Of a DNA stretch of 64,000 bases, positions 50,577-60,230 are shown in pieces. The DNA lies in assembly GCA_044369085.1 (NCBI GenBank), contig JBIPMO010000001.1, positions 7,889-71,888 on the forward strand, read 5' to 3'. Position 1 is the stretch's first letter. Each line of letters opens with the position of its first letter. The position numbers and the translations under genes were made by a program. The notes below the pieces were generated by a model. That model saw only the letters and a list, made by a program, of their open reading frames with translations, searched no databases and had not been told where the DNA came from. Source of the stretch: Phycisphaerales bacterium. GTDB lineage: Bacteria > Planctomycetota > Phycisphaerae > Phycisphaerales > UBA1924.

Positions 50577-51770
50577 TCAGTTGACCTGGCTGCGGAACGT
50601 GAGCATCGGGATCGCGATGGCCAGGATCAGCGGGCCGATCAGGGCGAACATCAGCACGATCACAGCCGGTTCGAGCATCGCCAGCAGCCGCGAGGCCCGC
50701 TGATCGACCTCCTGCGCCATATCCGTAGCGAGCGTGTCAAACGCCGAATCCAGATCGCCCGCCCGCTCGGCCGCCACCAGCAGCCGCCGCGTCGCCAGCG
50801 GCAGCGCATCGACCTTCTCGATCAGGTACCGCCAGACACCGCCCTCGACCAGGCTCTTCTGAAGCTGCTGCAGCTGCGACCGCAGCTTGTCATCGGAGAT
50901 GACCTCGACGGATGTTGAGAGCGCATCGGCGAGCGGCACGCCCGAGCGCGTCATCGCCGCCATCACGCTGAAAAACCTCGTCATCTCGGAGGTGATCAGC
51001 AGCCGCGCCACCGCCGGCACCTTGCCCATCAGCCGCAGCGCCGCCCCCGCGGCCGCCGCGCGGAACACGATCACCCCGAACACCGCCGCGCCGATCATCG
51101 CGAGGGTCAGCGGCAGGTGCGAGCTCATCCACTCCCCGGTCGCGAACACGATCCGCGAGAACGGGTTGAGCGTGACCCGCATCTGCCGCATCTGCCCCGC
51201 CATCATCGGCACCAGCCACACCAGCAGCACGAAGAACACGCCCGCGGCGATCATCGTCACCGCCGCGGGATAGATGAGGACCGTCAGCGCCTTGCCGCGG
51301 ATCGCGAGGCGCCGCCGCGCTGACTGCGCCAGCCGCTGCGCTGCGCCGGCCAGATCGCCCGTCCTTTCGGCAGACCTGTAGACCGCCGAAGTCACGGCAT
51401 CAAACCCACCCGTCTTCGTGCAGGCATCGCTGAATGAGGCGCCCGCGGCGACGTGCTCGCGCAGCCGCTCGATCCGCGCCTTGGAAGGGGGGGAAACCAC
51501 GCTCGACGCCACTTCCAGCGCCTCCACCAGCGGCACGCCGCGCGAAAGCAGGATGTTCAGCTGCTCGTTCAGCAGCGCATCATCTTTCAGCGGCAGCATC
51601 GCGGGCCCGGCCGCGCCCATCGGCAGCTTCCACGCCTTGAGCAGCAGCAACTGCTCTCGCCGCAGCTCTTCCTGCAGCGCGGCCACATCCGCCGCGGCCC
51701 GCAGACCCAGCATCCGCCCCCCCGTGGGGTTCATGGCCTGGAAGACGAACTGGAAAGATGAAGTGGCCAT
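50577..51770 (-). CDS. gspF: type II secretion system protein F
   Basis: 397 aa with a duplicated GspF-type domain, 3 TM segments and a conserved C-terminal PxxxxxxAxxxP region. Confidence 0.9.
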   Translation of the reverse strand: MATSSFQFVFQAMNPTGGRMLGLRAAADVAALQEELRREQLLLLKAWKLPMGAAGPAMLPLKDDALLNEQLNILLSRGVPLVEALEVASSVVSPPSKARIERLREHVAAGASFSDACTKTGGFDAVTSAVYRSAERTGDLAGAAQRLAQSARRRLAIRGKALTVLIYPAAVTMIAAGVFFVLLVWLVPMMAGQMRQMRVTLNPFSRIVFATGEWMSSHLPLTLAMIGAAVFGVIVFRAAAAGAALRLMGKVPAVARLLITSEMTRFFSVMAAMTRSGVPLADALSTSVEVISDDKLRSQLQQLQKSLVEGGVWRYLIEKVDALPLATRRLLVAAERAGDLDSAFDTLATDMAQEVDQRASRLLAMLEPAVIVLMFALIGPLILAIAIPMLTFRSQVN

Positions 51771-51779
51771 CGGGTTCGA

Positions 51780-53588
51780 TCACGCCAGCACGCGGTGCAG
51801 CTCCGTCTCCGTCGTCAGCCCCTTGGCGACCTTCTCGCGGCCGTCATCGGTCATCGTCCGCATCCCCTGCTGCACCGCGAGGTGCGCGATGGCCCGGGCA
51901 TCGGCCGTCGTCATCGTGAGTCGGCGGATGTCATCGGTCATCCGCATGATCTCGTAGATCGCCACGCGGCCCGAGTACCCCGATCCGAAGCATTTGTCGC
52001 AGCGGAACCCATCGCGCTTGCCCGAACCGCCGCACTGCGGGCACGTCCGCCGCAGCAGCCGCTGGGCCATCACCGCCAGCAGCGACGACGAGATCAGGTA
52101 AGGCTCGATCCCGATGTCCTGCAGGCGGCTGATCGCGCTGGGCGCATCGTTGGTGTGCAGCGTCGCGAGCACCAGGTGGCCCGTCAGCGATGCCTGCACC
52201 GCGAGCTGGGCCGTCTCCGCGTCGCGGATCTCGCCCACCAGGATCACATCCGGGTCCTGACGCAGGATCGACCGCAGCCCGGCCGCGAACGTCACGCCGC
52301 GCTTCACGTTCACCTGGATCTGCGCGATCCCCTCCAGGTGGTACTCGACCGGGTCCTCGATCGTCATCACGTTGCGGCTCGTCCGATCGACGCTCTCGAG
52401 CGCCGCGTAGAGCGTGGTCGTCTTGCCGCTGCCCGTCGGCCCGGTGACCAGGATCATGCCGTTGGGCCGGTTCGTCAGGTCGACCAGGTCGGCCTGCATC
52501 GCCCGCGTCATGCCCAGCGAATCGAGGTTGAGCTGCGTTGCCGACTGGTCGAGCAGGCGCAGCACCAGTCGCTCGCCGAAGATGGTCGGGACGCACGAGA
52601 AGCGGATGTCGATCTTCCGCGACCCGATCCGCACGGTCGTCTGCCCGTCCTGCGGCGAGTGTCGGTTGGCGATGTCCAGCTCCGCCATCACCTTGAGCCG
52701 CGAGGAGATCGCCGGCGCCAGCGAGATCGGCGGGCTGAACGCGTCGATCAGCATCCCGTCGACGCGGAAGCGGATGACCAGCTTGTTCTCGAGCGGCTGG
52801 ATGTGGATGTCGCTCGCGCGCCGCCGCAGCGCCTCGAACAGGATCATGTTCACCAGCCGGATCACGGGCGTTTGCCGCGCCAGCTGCAGCAGGTCGGTCG
52901 CCTGCCCGAGGCTCGAAGCGGCCTTCTCGATCGCGCTCTCGTCAAGGGGGATGTCCTCGACGATCTCGGTGACCAGGTCCTGCTTCTGCTCGTACCCGCG
53001 GTTGATCAGGTTGCCCACCGCCGCGCGCGGGGCCAGCACCACCTCGACGGGCATGTCCACCAGCCGTTCGATCAGCGCGTACACCGCGGGCTGCATCGGC
53101 TGGGCGCTCGCCACCGTCATCACCCGGCCATCCGAACGCAGCCCGGCCACGTGGTGACGCCGAGCGGCCCCGGCGGGCACACGCTCGTAGAACTTCTCAG
53201 CGCTCTCCCCGGGCTTGGGCTCGGGATCAAACGGCACCCCGAGCTTGCGGGCCAGCCCCTCGAGCGCTGTGTGCTCGTCGGTCGCCCCCGCCGACAGCAG
53301 CACATCCCAAGGGTCCTCATCCACCCCCTGCTGATCGCTGAACCGCCGCAGGAAGTCCGCCTTGATCCCCACCGGCGAGAACAGGTCCGCAACCTGACGC
53401 AGCCGAGCATCATCCTCGACCGCCGGGCGCGGCAGCGTCGAACCAAGTCCCGCGACCCCGGCAGGGGAGGCAGAACCATTCACAGGGTTGGTTGGCTTAC
53501 GAGGTTCCATGCGAAGTGAATCAGAAATGAATCGTATGTCCGGTGATCCCCAACGAGCCCCGGGCGCAAAGCCCGGGGAGCCAATCAC
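51780..53588 (-). CDS. gspE: type II secretion ATPase GspE
   Basis: VTGPTGSGKTTT, the Asp box, ILVGEIRD, the His box and a tetracysteine CPQC...CDKC. Start is either GTG 53588 (GGAGG upstream) or ATG 53510. Confidence 0.95.
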   Translation of the reverse strand: MIGSPGFAPGARWGSPDIRFISDSLRMEPRKPTNPVNGSASPAGVAGLGSTLPRPAVEDDARLRQVADLFSPVGIKADFLRRFSDQQGVDEDPWDVLLSAGATDEHTALEGLARKLGVPFDPEPKPGESAEKFYERVPAGAARRHHVAGLRSDGRVMTVASAQPMQPAVYALIERLVDMPVEVVLAPRAAVGNLINRGYEQKQDLVTEIVEDIPLDESAIEKAASSLGQATDLLQLARQTPVIRLVNMILFEALRRRASDIHIQPLENKLVIRFRVDGMLIDAFSPPISLAPAISSRLKVMAELDIANRHSPQDGQTTVRIGSRKIDIRFSCVPTIFGERLVLRLLDQSATQLNLDSLGMTRAMQADLVDLTNRPNGMILVTGPTGSGKTTTLYAALESVDRTSRNVMTIEDPVEYHLEGIAQIQVNVKRGVTFAAGLRSILRQDPDVILVGEIRDAETAQLAVQASLTGHLVLATLHTNDAPSAISRLQDIGIEPYLISSSLLAVMAQRLLRRTCPQCGGSGKRDGFRCDKCFGSGYSGRVAIYEIMRMTDDIRRLTMTTADARAIAHLAVQQGMRTMTDDGREKVAKGLTTETELHRVLA

Positions 53589-53609
53589 GATCCTCCAACG
53601 CCGCCGCCA

Positions 53610-56456
53610 TCATTCATCCGGCGAAACGTTCTCCGGAGCCTTGTTCTGCGGGATCCGCCGCGACGACAGCACGTTCGCCTCGGTGATCGGGATCCGCACC
53701 GGCTCGAGCGGCGGGGTGTCCGCCTCCACGTTCATCCGCCTCATCGGTCCCTCGGTCGCCAGCCGCAGGTCGATGAAGTTCGGATCGTTCATGATCGTCG
53801 GCGTGATGAACACGAAGATCGTCGTGCGCCGCTTGGATGAACCGTAATCCTTGAACGCCGCCCCCAGGATCGGGATGTCCTTCAGGAACGGGATCCCGCG
53901 ATCCGTCTCGCTCTCCGACGCGAGCGTGAAGCCGCCCACCACGATCGTCGAGTCCGATGGCACCGTGACCGTGGAGTCGTAGTTCTCCGTCTGCCTCGGA
54001 GGCTGCAGGCCAGCCGAGGGGTTCCCGACGAACGATGACAGCTCGATCGAGTACTCAAGCGAGATGTAGCCGCCGCCGCTGATGCGCGGCGTGACATCCA
54101 GCGTCGTGCCCGCCGTCGCCACGCCCCCCTGCCCCGTGGTTGTTGTGGCGGTCCCCTGCGTGGTGGTCGAGAAGGGCTCCTCGCGGTTGCTCGAAATCGA
54201 CCCCTGCTGGTTGTCGTTGACCAGGATCCGGGGTGTCGACTGGATCCGCGCCTCGGTCTGGCTCTGAAGCGTGTTCAGGATGAAGGGCACATAGTCCGAC
54301 TTGATGATCGCCGATGTCAGCCCCGGGCGGCCGGTCACGACGTTCCTCACAGCCTGCGCCGCCTGCTGGCCCCCGGCCGCCGTCCCCGCCGTTGAGAGCC
54401 CGAAGCTCGAGAAAAGAAGGAACTGTCCCGCGTTGATCTGCGTTTCGACCGTCCAGCTGAAGTCTTCGCTCGTCGTCACGCTGACGATCTGGGCCTCGAT
54501 GTACACCTGCGGCAGCCGCAGGTCCAGGTCCTTGATGATCCGCTCGAACTCCGCCTGCTGCCGAGCGGGCGCCTTGATCACGATCTGGTTGCGATCCGTG
54601 TCGGCGACGATGCTGACCTCTTCGGGGTTCGCCGTCAGGCTGGTGCCCCCCGCCGTCTCCTCGCCGGCCGCGACTTCCGATCCGACGGGCTGACCGTCAG
54701 GAGTGAGCTGCGCGCCCGTCCCCTGCTCGGCCGCCGACTGGTTCCGCTGCAGACGCTGCTGACGATTGCCCTGCACCCGCGAGCTCGGAACCAGCGGGGA
54801 TGTCCCGGTGCGACCCGACCCCTGCTCCTGCACCAGCTGCGTCAGAATGTCGGCCACGCTCTCGGCCTCGGCGTTCTGAAGCTTGTACATCTTGATCTCG
54901 ATGCGCTTGCCCTGGATCTGGTCGGTGAAGGTCTTGACCAGATCCGCCACGCGGGCGTGCTGCGCCTCGGTCCCGTAGTAGATGATCGTCCCGGTCTCCG
55001 AATCCACCGAGAACCCCGACGTGTTCGTCTGAGCCTCGGTCTGGCCGCCCAGGCCGAACTGGTTCTGCTGACCGGATCGCTGGCCGCCCGTGAAGCCGCC
55101 GCCCAGACCGCCAAAGCCCCCGGTCCCGCCCTGAAGCTGTCCCACCGGGCCGAGCCCTTCGCGCTCGCCCGCCGCCGCGATATCACCCGCCACCGACCCC
55201 GCCGAGTAGCGCCGCGAGATCAACGGGCTCACGTTGTCCACGAGCGTGATCAGTTCGGAGACGTGCGCTGCCTCTTCCTCGGACCCGCGGAACACCAGGC
55301 TGTTCCCCGCATCAACGATGATGCGATTCTCAAGATTGCTCAGCCCGCCAGCCACCGGCGCCTGTGGCGACCCGCCCGGCACGCCGCCGATCGCGCCGCC
55401 ACCACCACCCAGCCGACCATTCAGCGTCAGCACGCGGCTCCGAGCGTAGTTCGCCTCGACATTCGTCAGCACGTACCGGTGCAGCCCTTGCCCGGCCACC
55501 TCATCGAGCATCCGACTGACGAACTCCTCCGCCGCGCTCACCGTCCGCGGTGTGCCCGTCGCCACCAGAATCCCGAGCTCATCAAACGCCGACATCCGCA
55601 GGTTCCCGCCCGCTGTCCCCAGCGATCCGGTGATGGTCTGCTGCAGAGACGACGGGCGGACCATCGGTGTCCGGATGATCCGCGTCGTGCTGAACTGATC
55701 CCCTTCAAAGGTCAGCGGCACGTTCGCCGCCTGCTTGATAAAATAGCCCAGCAGCGGGTCGTGGATCAGCGCAAAGCCTTTGTCCTCCACGATCGCCGAC
55801 AGCAAGGGCAGCAGCTGATCCTTGGGAATCTCCAGCGGCGCCCGGAAAAGCACCCGCTGAGCCGCGATCGCCTCATCGGGCAGGATGTTCACGTTCAGCA
55901 CCAGGCTGACGTAATCGATGAACGCCGACAGTTCCACCGCCTCGGAACCGAAGTCGATCTTGACGTTCCCCTCGCCAGCGAGGTGATTCACCGCGCCCTC
56001 GGGCGGGGGCGGCGGAGCGAGCGCCGGATCGCCCGGAGCGCCGATCACCGGCTGCTCGCGAAGATTCGCAGCGTCCACCGCGCCCACCGGCATGCCCCCA
56101 TCGCGGAGCTGCTGCTGCAGCCGCTCTTTGTCACGGCGGATCTGTTCATTGCGTCGCCGCAGCGCATCGGCCGCCGCCGCTTGATCCGGCGTCTGCGCAG
56201 CCGGATTGAAGGGCTGAGGCTGCCCCGGCACCGGCTTGGCCACCGGGTTCCCGCGAGCCCCGGGCTGGGGCTGGCCCGGCTGCACCGGCTGCGGCACCTG
56301 TTGCTGCTCTTGCGGCCTTTGGCCTTGATCAGGGGGCGGCTGTTGCTGCCCGAGCAGCGTCGCCGCCGCTCCCGCCGCCGTGATGATGGCCGCCGCCCCG
56401 GTCAGCGCGCTCCATCCTCGATTGATCCTGGTCGCACCGGGTTGTGGCTCCGCCAT
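53610..56456 (-). CDS. gspD: secretin GspD with Gln/Pro-rich N-terminal extension
   Basis: Secretin C-domain (GIPFLKDIPILGAAF...TIFVFITPTI) and N0-N3-like repeats. ATG 56456 has GAGGAG 8 nt upstream; the ORF opens at 56642. Confidence 0.9.
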   Translation of the reverse strand: MAEPQPGATRINRGWSALTGAAAIITAAGAAATLLGQQQPPPDQGQRPQEQQQVPQPVQPGQPQPGARGNPVAKPVPGQPQPFNPAAQTPDQAAAADALRRRNEQIRRDKERLQQQLRDGGMPVGAVDAANLREQPVIGAPGDPALAPPPPPEGAVNHLAGEGNVKIDFGSEAVELSAFIDYVSLVLNVNILPDEAIAAQRVLFRAPLEIPKDQLLPLLSAIVEDKGFALIHDPLLGYFIKQAANVPLTFEGDQFSTTRIIRTPMVRPSSLQQTITGSLGTAGGNLRMSAFDELGILVATGTPRTVSAAEEFVSRMLDEVAGQGLHRYVLTNVEANYARSRVLTLNGRLGGGGGAIGGVPGGSPQAPVAGGLSNLENRIIVDAGNSLVFRGSEEEAAHVSELITLVDNVSPLISRRYSAGSVAGDIAAAGEREGLGPVGQLQGGTGGFGGLGGGFTGGQRSGQQNQFGLGGQTEAQTNTSGFSVDSETGTIIYYGTEAQHARVADLVKTFTDQIQGKRIEIKMYKLQNAEAESVADILTQLVQEQGSGRTGTSPLVPSSRVQGNRQQRLQRNQSAAEQGTGAQLTPDGQPVGSEVAAGEETAGGTSLTANPEEVSIVADTDRNQIVIKAPARQQAEFERIIKDLDLRLPQVYIEAQIVSVTTSEDFSWTVETQINAGQFLLFSSFGLSTAGTAAGGQQAAQAVRNVVTGRPGLTSAIIKSDYVPFILNTLQSQTEARIQSTPRILVNDNQQGSISSNREEPFSTTTQGTATTTTGQGGVATAGTTLDVTPRISGGGYISLEYSIELSSFVGNPSAGLQPPRQTENYDSTVTVPSDSTIVVGGFTLASESETDRGIPFLKDIPILGAAFKDYGSSKRRTTIFVFITPTIMNDPNFIDLRLATEGPMRRMNVEADTPPLEPVRIPITEANVLSSRRIPQNKAPENVSPDE

Positions 56457-56786
56457 GCCGCATGCTCCTCGTCTCCCCGGTTCCGGTTGCCGCAAGCGCA
56501 CGGCAACACCGGGCCGGGATCTCCGATACCGCCTCCATCGGCATATCTGCCCGCCGCTCTGCGAAACCGAGCGCAGAACCCGCGCCGATGCCGACACCAC
56601 GCCGATCGGGAGTGCAACCACGCACCTCCCGCCAGCTTCCATCAGACCGCCGGGAGGGTACGCCAGAGGCCCGCTCCCAGCCCAACCTTTCCAAACTCAC
56701 CCGTTGCGGGGCCGGTGATGCCATTCACGAGCCTGCGCCGACCCTGCACCGGAGCCATCCTCAGCCCCGCACTATCCTCACGACCC

Positions 56787-57746
56787 ATGCGGGTCGTTAG
56801 CCTCCTGCCCTCGGCCACCGAGACCCTCTGCCTCATCGGCGGAGCATCGCTCCTCGTCGGGCGCTCCCACGAGTGCGACTTTCCCCACGAGGTGGTCGAC
56901 CGGCCCGCCCTCACTTCCCAGAGAATCGACCCCTCGTGGACCCCGGATCGAATCGATCGGGAGGTCGCGGGGGCCCTCGCGGCGGGCCAATCTCTCTACA
57001 GCCTCGACACCGATCGGCTGCAACAACTTCGACCGGATGTCATCCTCACCCAGGACCTGTGCGAGGTCTGCTCGATCGATCTGAACACCGTCCGGGCCGC
57101 CGCCGCCCGCATGAACCCGCGGCCAGAAATCGTCTCCCTCAACCCGCACACCTACGAAGCCGTCCTCGACGACATCATCACCATCGGCCGCGCTGTCGGC
57201 ATGGAGCCTCAGGCCCGCCAAACGCTTATCGCGCTCCGCGAGCGGTTCTTCCGCGCTGCCGATCACGTCAACGCCTTCGCCGCCCAGCCCAAGGTCGCGT
57301 TCCTGGAATGGGCCGATCCGCCCTTCATCGGCGGCCACTGGACACCCCAGCTCGTCGAACGCGCGGGCGGCCTGCACCCGCTGAACCCGACCCAAGCCAT
57401 GGAGGGCGCCGGCGCAGGAGCCGGCGGGCAGATGGCCCACCGCACCGCGGGCAAGAGCATCCGGGTCCCGCCCGAACTGATCGAGCGCCTCGCGCCCGAC
57501 TTCATCGTGGTCTGCCCCTGCGGCATCGCGCTCCGCGATGTGCGCGCACATCTCGCTTCCGTCGAGCGTTCCGATTGGTGGCGCGGGCTGGCCGCGGTCC
57601 GGCAGGGCCGGGTCGCTCTGGTCGATGGCAATCAGATGTTCAATCGGCCCGGGCCTCGGCTCGTCGATGCCTACCAGTGGCTCGTCGGCTGGCTCAACGA
57701 CCGCCCGGAACTGATCCCGGCGGGGTTCCCCTGGGAACCACTCTGA
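56787..57746 (+). CDS. periplasmic-binding-protein-fold (cobalamin/siderophore-binding type, BtuF-like) protein without obvious signal peptide
   Basis: MRVVSLLPSATETLCLIGG...LVGRSHECDFP, DVILTQDLCEVC and NRPGPRLVD. This is the 3' part of the 929-aa ORF 54957..57746. Confidence 0.75.
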   Translation: MRVVSLLPSATETLCLIGGASLLVGRSHECDFPHEVVDRPALTSQRIDPSWTPDRIDREVAGALAAGQSLYSLDTDRLQQLRPDVILTQDLCEVCSIDLNTVRAAAARMNPRPEIVSLNPHTYEAVLDDIITIGRAVGMEPQARQTLIALRERFFRAADHVNAFAAQPKVAFLEWADPPFIGGHWTPQLVERAGGLHPLNPTQAMEGAGAGAGGQMAHRTAGKSIRVPPELIERLAPDFIVVCPCGIALRDVRAHLASVERSDWWRGLAAVRQGRVALVDGNQMFNRPGPRLVDAYQWLVGWLNDRPELIPAGFPWEPL

Positions 57747-57778
57747 AGGTCCCAGAACAGCGTGGCTGAAACACGCCC

Positions 57779-58963
57779 GTGAGGTCCACCGACAATTGGG
57801 TGCTGAAGGGCGACTTGTGCACCGATGAACCCCGTCGTCGCATGGGAACACGATCAATCTCATCCATGATGCGCGCACAAGCATGGCGAGCGGCCGGCCT
57901 GGCGCTCGCGTCGCACTGGTGCGCCATCGCGTGGCACAAATGGAGCCTCGGTGTCGAGGGGCAGCTCCTCTGGATGTCGCACGCCGCGCTCGCGCTCGGA
58001 GCCGCCGGGCTGCTGCTCGGTTCGGCGCCGATTATCGGCAGCTCCTTCGTCGCGATCGCCGGGCTCCACGCGCTCTGGATGTTCGATGCCCTCGCTTGGC
58101 TGCTCACCGGCACCTTCCCCCTCGGAATCACCTCGTTCATCGCGGACATGGACGCGGCCGCGGCCTTCGGCACCTCGCACCACGTCTACCTTGCGCCTCT
58201 GATGGGCGCCTGGCTCTGGTCGCATCGCGCTGCGCCTAAAGAATCGCTCCCCGCGGCCATCATCTTCTTTGCCGCCCTGGCGCTCGCGAGCCGCTTTGCT
58301 CTGCCCCCGGATATGAACATCAACTGGTGCCGCGCCGCCTGGAAGGGGAGCGATTCGATGTTCTGGCAATGGGTCAACCACCAGAGCCCCGCGCTCTACC
58401 TTTTGATGCTGGTCGCGACCGTGTTCGGCGTGTTCATGGCCCCCGCCGCATTGCTGATGCGTGCCATGGCGCGCTCCGAAGCACGGCCCGCCGTCGCCCA
58501 TGCCACGATCACCACGCGCCCCGCGCTGCGCCCCCGGCGAGCCCGAGCGTTCACGCTCATCGAACTCGTCGCGGTCATGATCGTGCTCGCGATCCTGGCC
58601 GCCGTCGCCGTCCCCAGGTACTTTGACCACACCACCCGGGCGCGTCAGACCGCCGATGAGGGAGCCCTCGCCGGCATCCGCACCGCCCTGCACAACACCT
58701 ACCTCAACAACCGCTCCACCGGCGCCTCATCCTCCAGTTGGGTCACCAGTGTCAACCAGATCGCGGCCCAGATGGACACCCGCACCCTCCCGCTCGGCAT
58801 CACCATCTCGGGCAGCCAGCTCCGCGATTCACGCGGCAATCTCTGCAACCTCACGGCCGAAACCCAGACCACCCCAGCGCTCATCACCGCCGCCACCAGC
58901 GGATCGGGCGGATCCGGCGGCTCGGGGAGCGGCGGCGGCGGCGACTCGGGCTTGTCTTCCTGA
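57779..58963 (+). CDS. fusion ORF: polytopic membrane domain (about 230 aa, roughly 6 TM) followed in frame by a prepilin-type pilin-like module
   Basis: G/C-rich third codon positions run continuously across the whole ORF. The motif RRARA-FTLIELVAVMIVLAILAAVAVP falls at codons 58535-58600. The C-terminus is a Gly/Ser tail. No stop separates the two domains. Confidence 0.6.
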   Translation: MRSTDNWVLKGDLCTDEPRRRMGTRSISSMMRAQAWRAAGLALASHWCAIAWHKWSLGVEGQLLWMSHAALALGAAGLLLGSAPIIGSSFVAIAGLHALWMFDALAWLLTGTFPLGITSFIADMDAAAAFGTSHHVYLAPLMGAWLWSHRAAPKESLPAAIIFFAALALASRFALPPDMNINWCRAAWKGSDSMFWQWVNHQSPALYLLMLVATVFGVFMAPAALLMRAMARSEARPAVAHATITTRPALRPRRARAFTLIELVAVMIVLAILAAVAVPRYFDHTTRARQTADEGALAGIRTALHNTYLNNRSTGASSSSWVTSVNQIAAQMDTRTLPLGITISGSQLRDSRGNLCNLTAETQTTPALITAATSGSGGSGGSGSGGGGDSGLSS

Positions 58964-59030
58964 GCCGCATTCTTGTGCGCGGGCCCGCTCCGCCGACATA
59001 TGATCCCAAAGCGTTCCAACGGGAGGACCC

Positions 59031-60191
59031 ATGAGCCTGTTGCGTGGTATGTGCTCGTTCCTGGTGATGTTCGCAGTGGCCTGCTCCCCGGCGCGGGCCC
59101 AGGTTGAAGGCGCAGCGCGGATCGATGCGCTCTGGCAGGATGCACGCGTCCCCGCCGAGGAGCGGAGGCTCCTGGACCGCTCCATCGGATTCGCCCCGCC
59201 CGCGATCGCCGAGGGAGTCCGCTGGCTCGGAACCGACCAACCTTCCTGGGCCGACCTTCACGGCCGCGTCGTCGTGCTCCAGACCTGGACCGTGACCGGC
59301 GATGCGGGCCGCACCGCACCGGCCCGCGCCGCCGAGGCCCTCAAGGACTTTGACCCGGCAAAGGTCGCGATCATCGCGCTGCACACGCCGCAGGGCGCCG
59401 ACAGCGTCGAGCACTTCCTGAACGCCAAGCCGCTGCCGATGCCCGTCGCCCTCGACGCCGTCGGCGCGTTCTGCGACGACATGGGCATCTGGCGCCGACC
59501 CGTGACCATCGTGCTCGATAAGTCGGGCAGGGTCCGAGCCACCGGTGTCGCGCTCGCAAAGCTGGGAGACGCCGTGAAGTTCCTGCTCGCCGAGGAGCTC
59601 GACCCCAAGGCCCCCGCGCCGGCGGTGGTCCCGACCCGCGGCATCGGAGCCGCGCCCACCCCCACCAAGAAGGGCGATGGCGACTACCCCGTCGCCCCGG
59701 GCGGCTTCGGCGCCACGGACCTCCGCGGCAAGAAGGGCCCCGCCATCGCGGCCCAGACATGGGTCACCCCGAAGCCTGAAACCACCAACAAGGTCGTCAT
59801 CGTCGATTTCTGGGCCACCTGGTGCCCGCCCTGCATTGCCTCGATCCCCCACATGAACGAGACCCAGGAGAAGTTCAAGGACAGCGTGGTCGTCATCGGC
59901 ATCTCCGATGAAGTCGACTCGGTGGTCCGCCAGTTCACCAAGCGCAAGGAAATGAAGTACACCGTCGCCGCCGACCCCGGCCGCCGCATGATGAACGCCG
60001 TCAGCCCGCGGGGCATCCCGCACGTCATCATCATGAGCCCAGATGGCATCGTCCGCTGGCAAGGACATCCCGGCAACATGAGCGATGCCCTGATCCAGAA
60101 GATCATCGATGCCAGCGGCGCGGGCCCGGTCAAGGCCGGGAGCGACCTCGCCGACAGCGACACCATCCGTTGGATCAAGAAGCCAAGATGA
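59031..60191 (+). CDS. exported two-domain thioredoxin-fold (TlpA-like) protein; the first domain lacks CxxC
   Basis: Signal/lipobox-like FAVACS. Domain 1 reads VVVLQTWTVTGDAG with no Cys pair. Domain 2 reads VIVDFWATWCPPC. Confidence 0.8.
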   Translation: MSLLRGMCSFLVMFAVACSPARAQVEGAARIDALWQDARVPAEERRLLDRSIGFAPPAIAEGVRWLGTDQPSWADLHGRVVVLQTWTVTGDAGRTAPARAAEALKDFDPAKVAIIALHTPQGADSVEHFLNAKPLPMPVALDAVGAFCDDMGIWRRPVTIVLDKSGRVRATGVALAKLGDAVKFLLAEELDPKAPAPAVVPTRGIGAAPTPTKKGDGDYPVAPGGFGATDLRGKKGPAIAAQTWVTPKPETTNKVVIVDFWATWCPPCIASIPHMNETQEKFKDSVVVIGISDEVDSVVRQFTKRKEMKYTVAADPGRRMMNAVSPRGIPHVIIMSPDGIVRWQGHPGNMSDALIQKIIDASGAGPVKAGSDLADSDTIRWIKKPR

Positions 60192-60230
60192 TGCCCCGCG
60201 CATCAAGGACTCCGCGAGCCCAGTTCGCAA

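Noticed and set aside
54957-56786. N-terminal 610 codons of the 929-aa plus-strand ORF 54957..57746.
   Set aside because: This part is antisense to gspD and compositionally random. Only the part from ATG 56787 has protein-like sequence (the PBP fold).
56457-56786. Possible cobalamin riboswitch upstream of the BtuF-like gene.
   Set aside because: I could not find a B12-box-like element or the conserved GGGAA/GGTG core. Only a generic 7-bp hairpin (GTTGCCG...CGGCAAC) is present. An Infernal scan with RF00174 would settle it.
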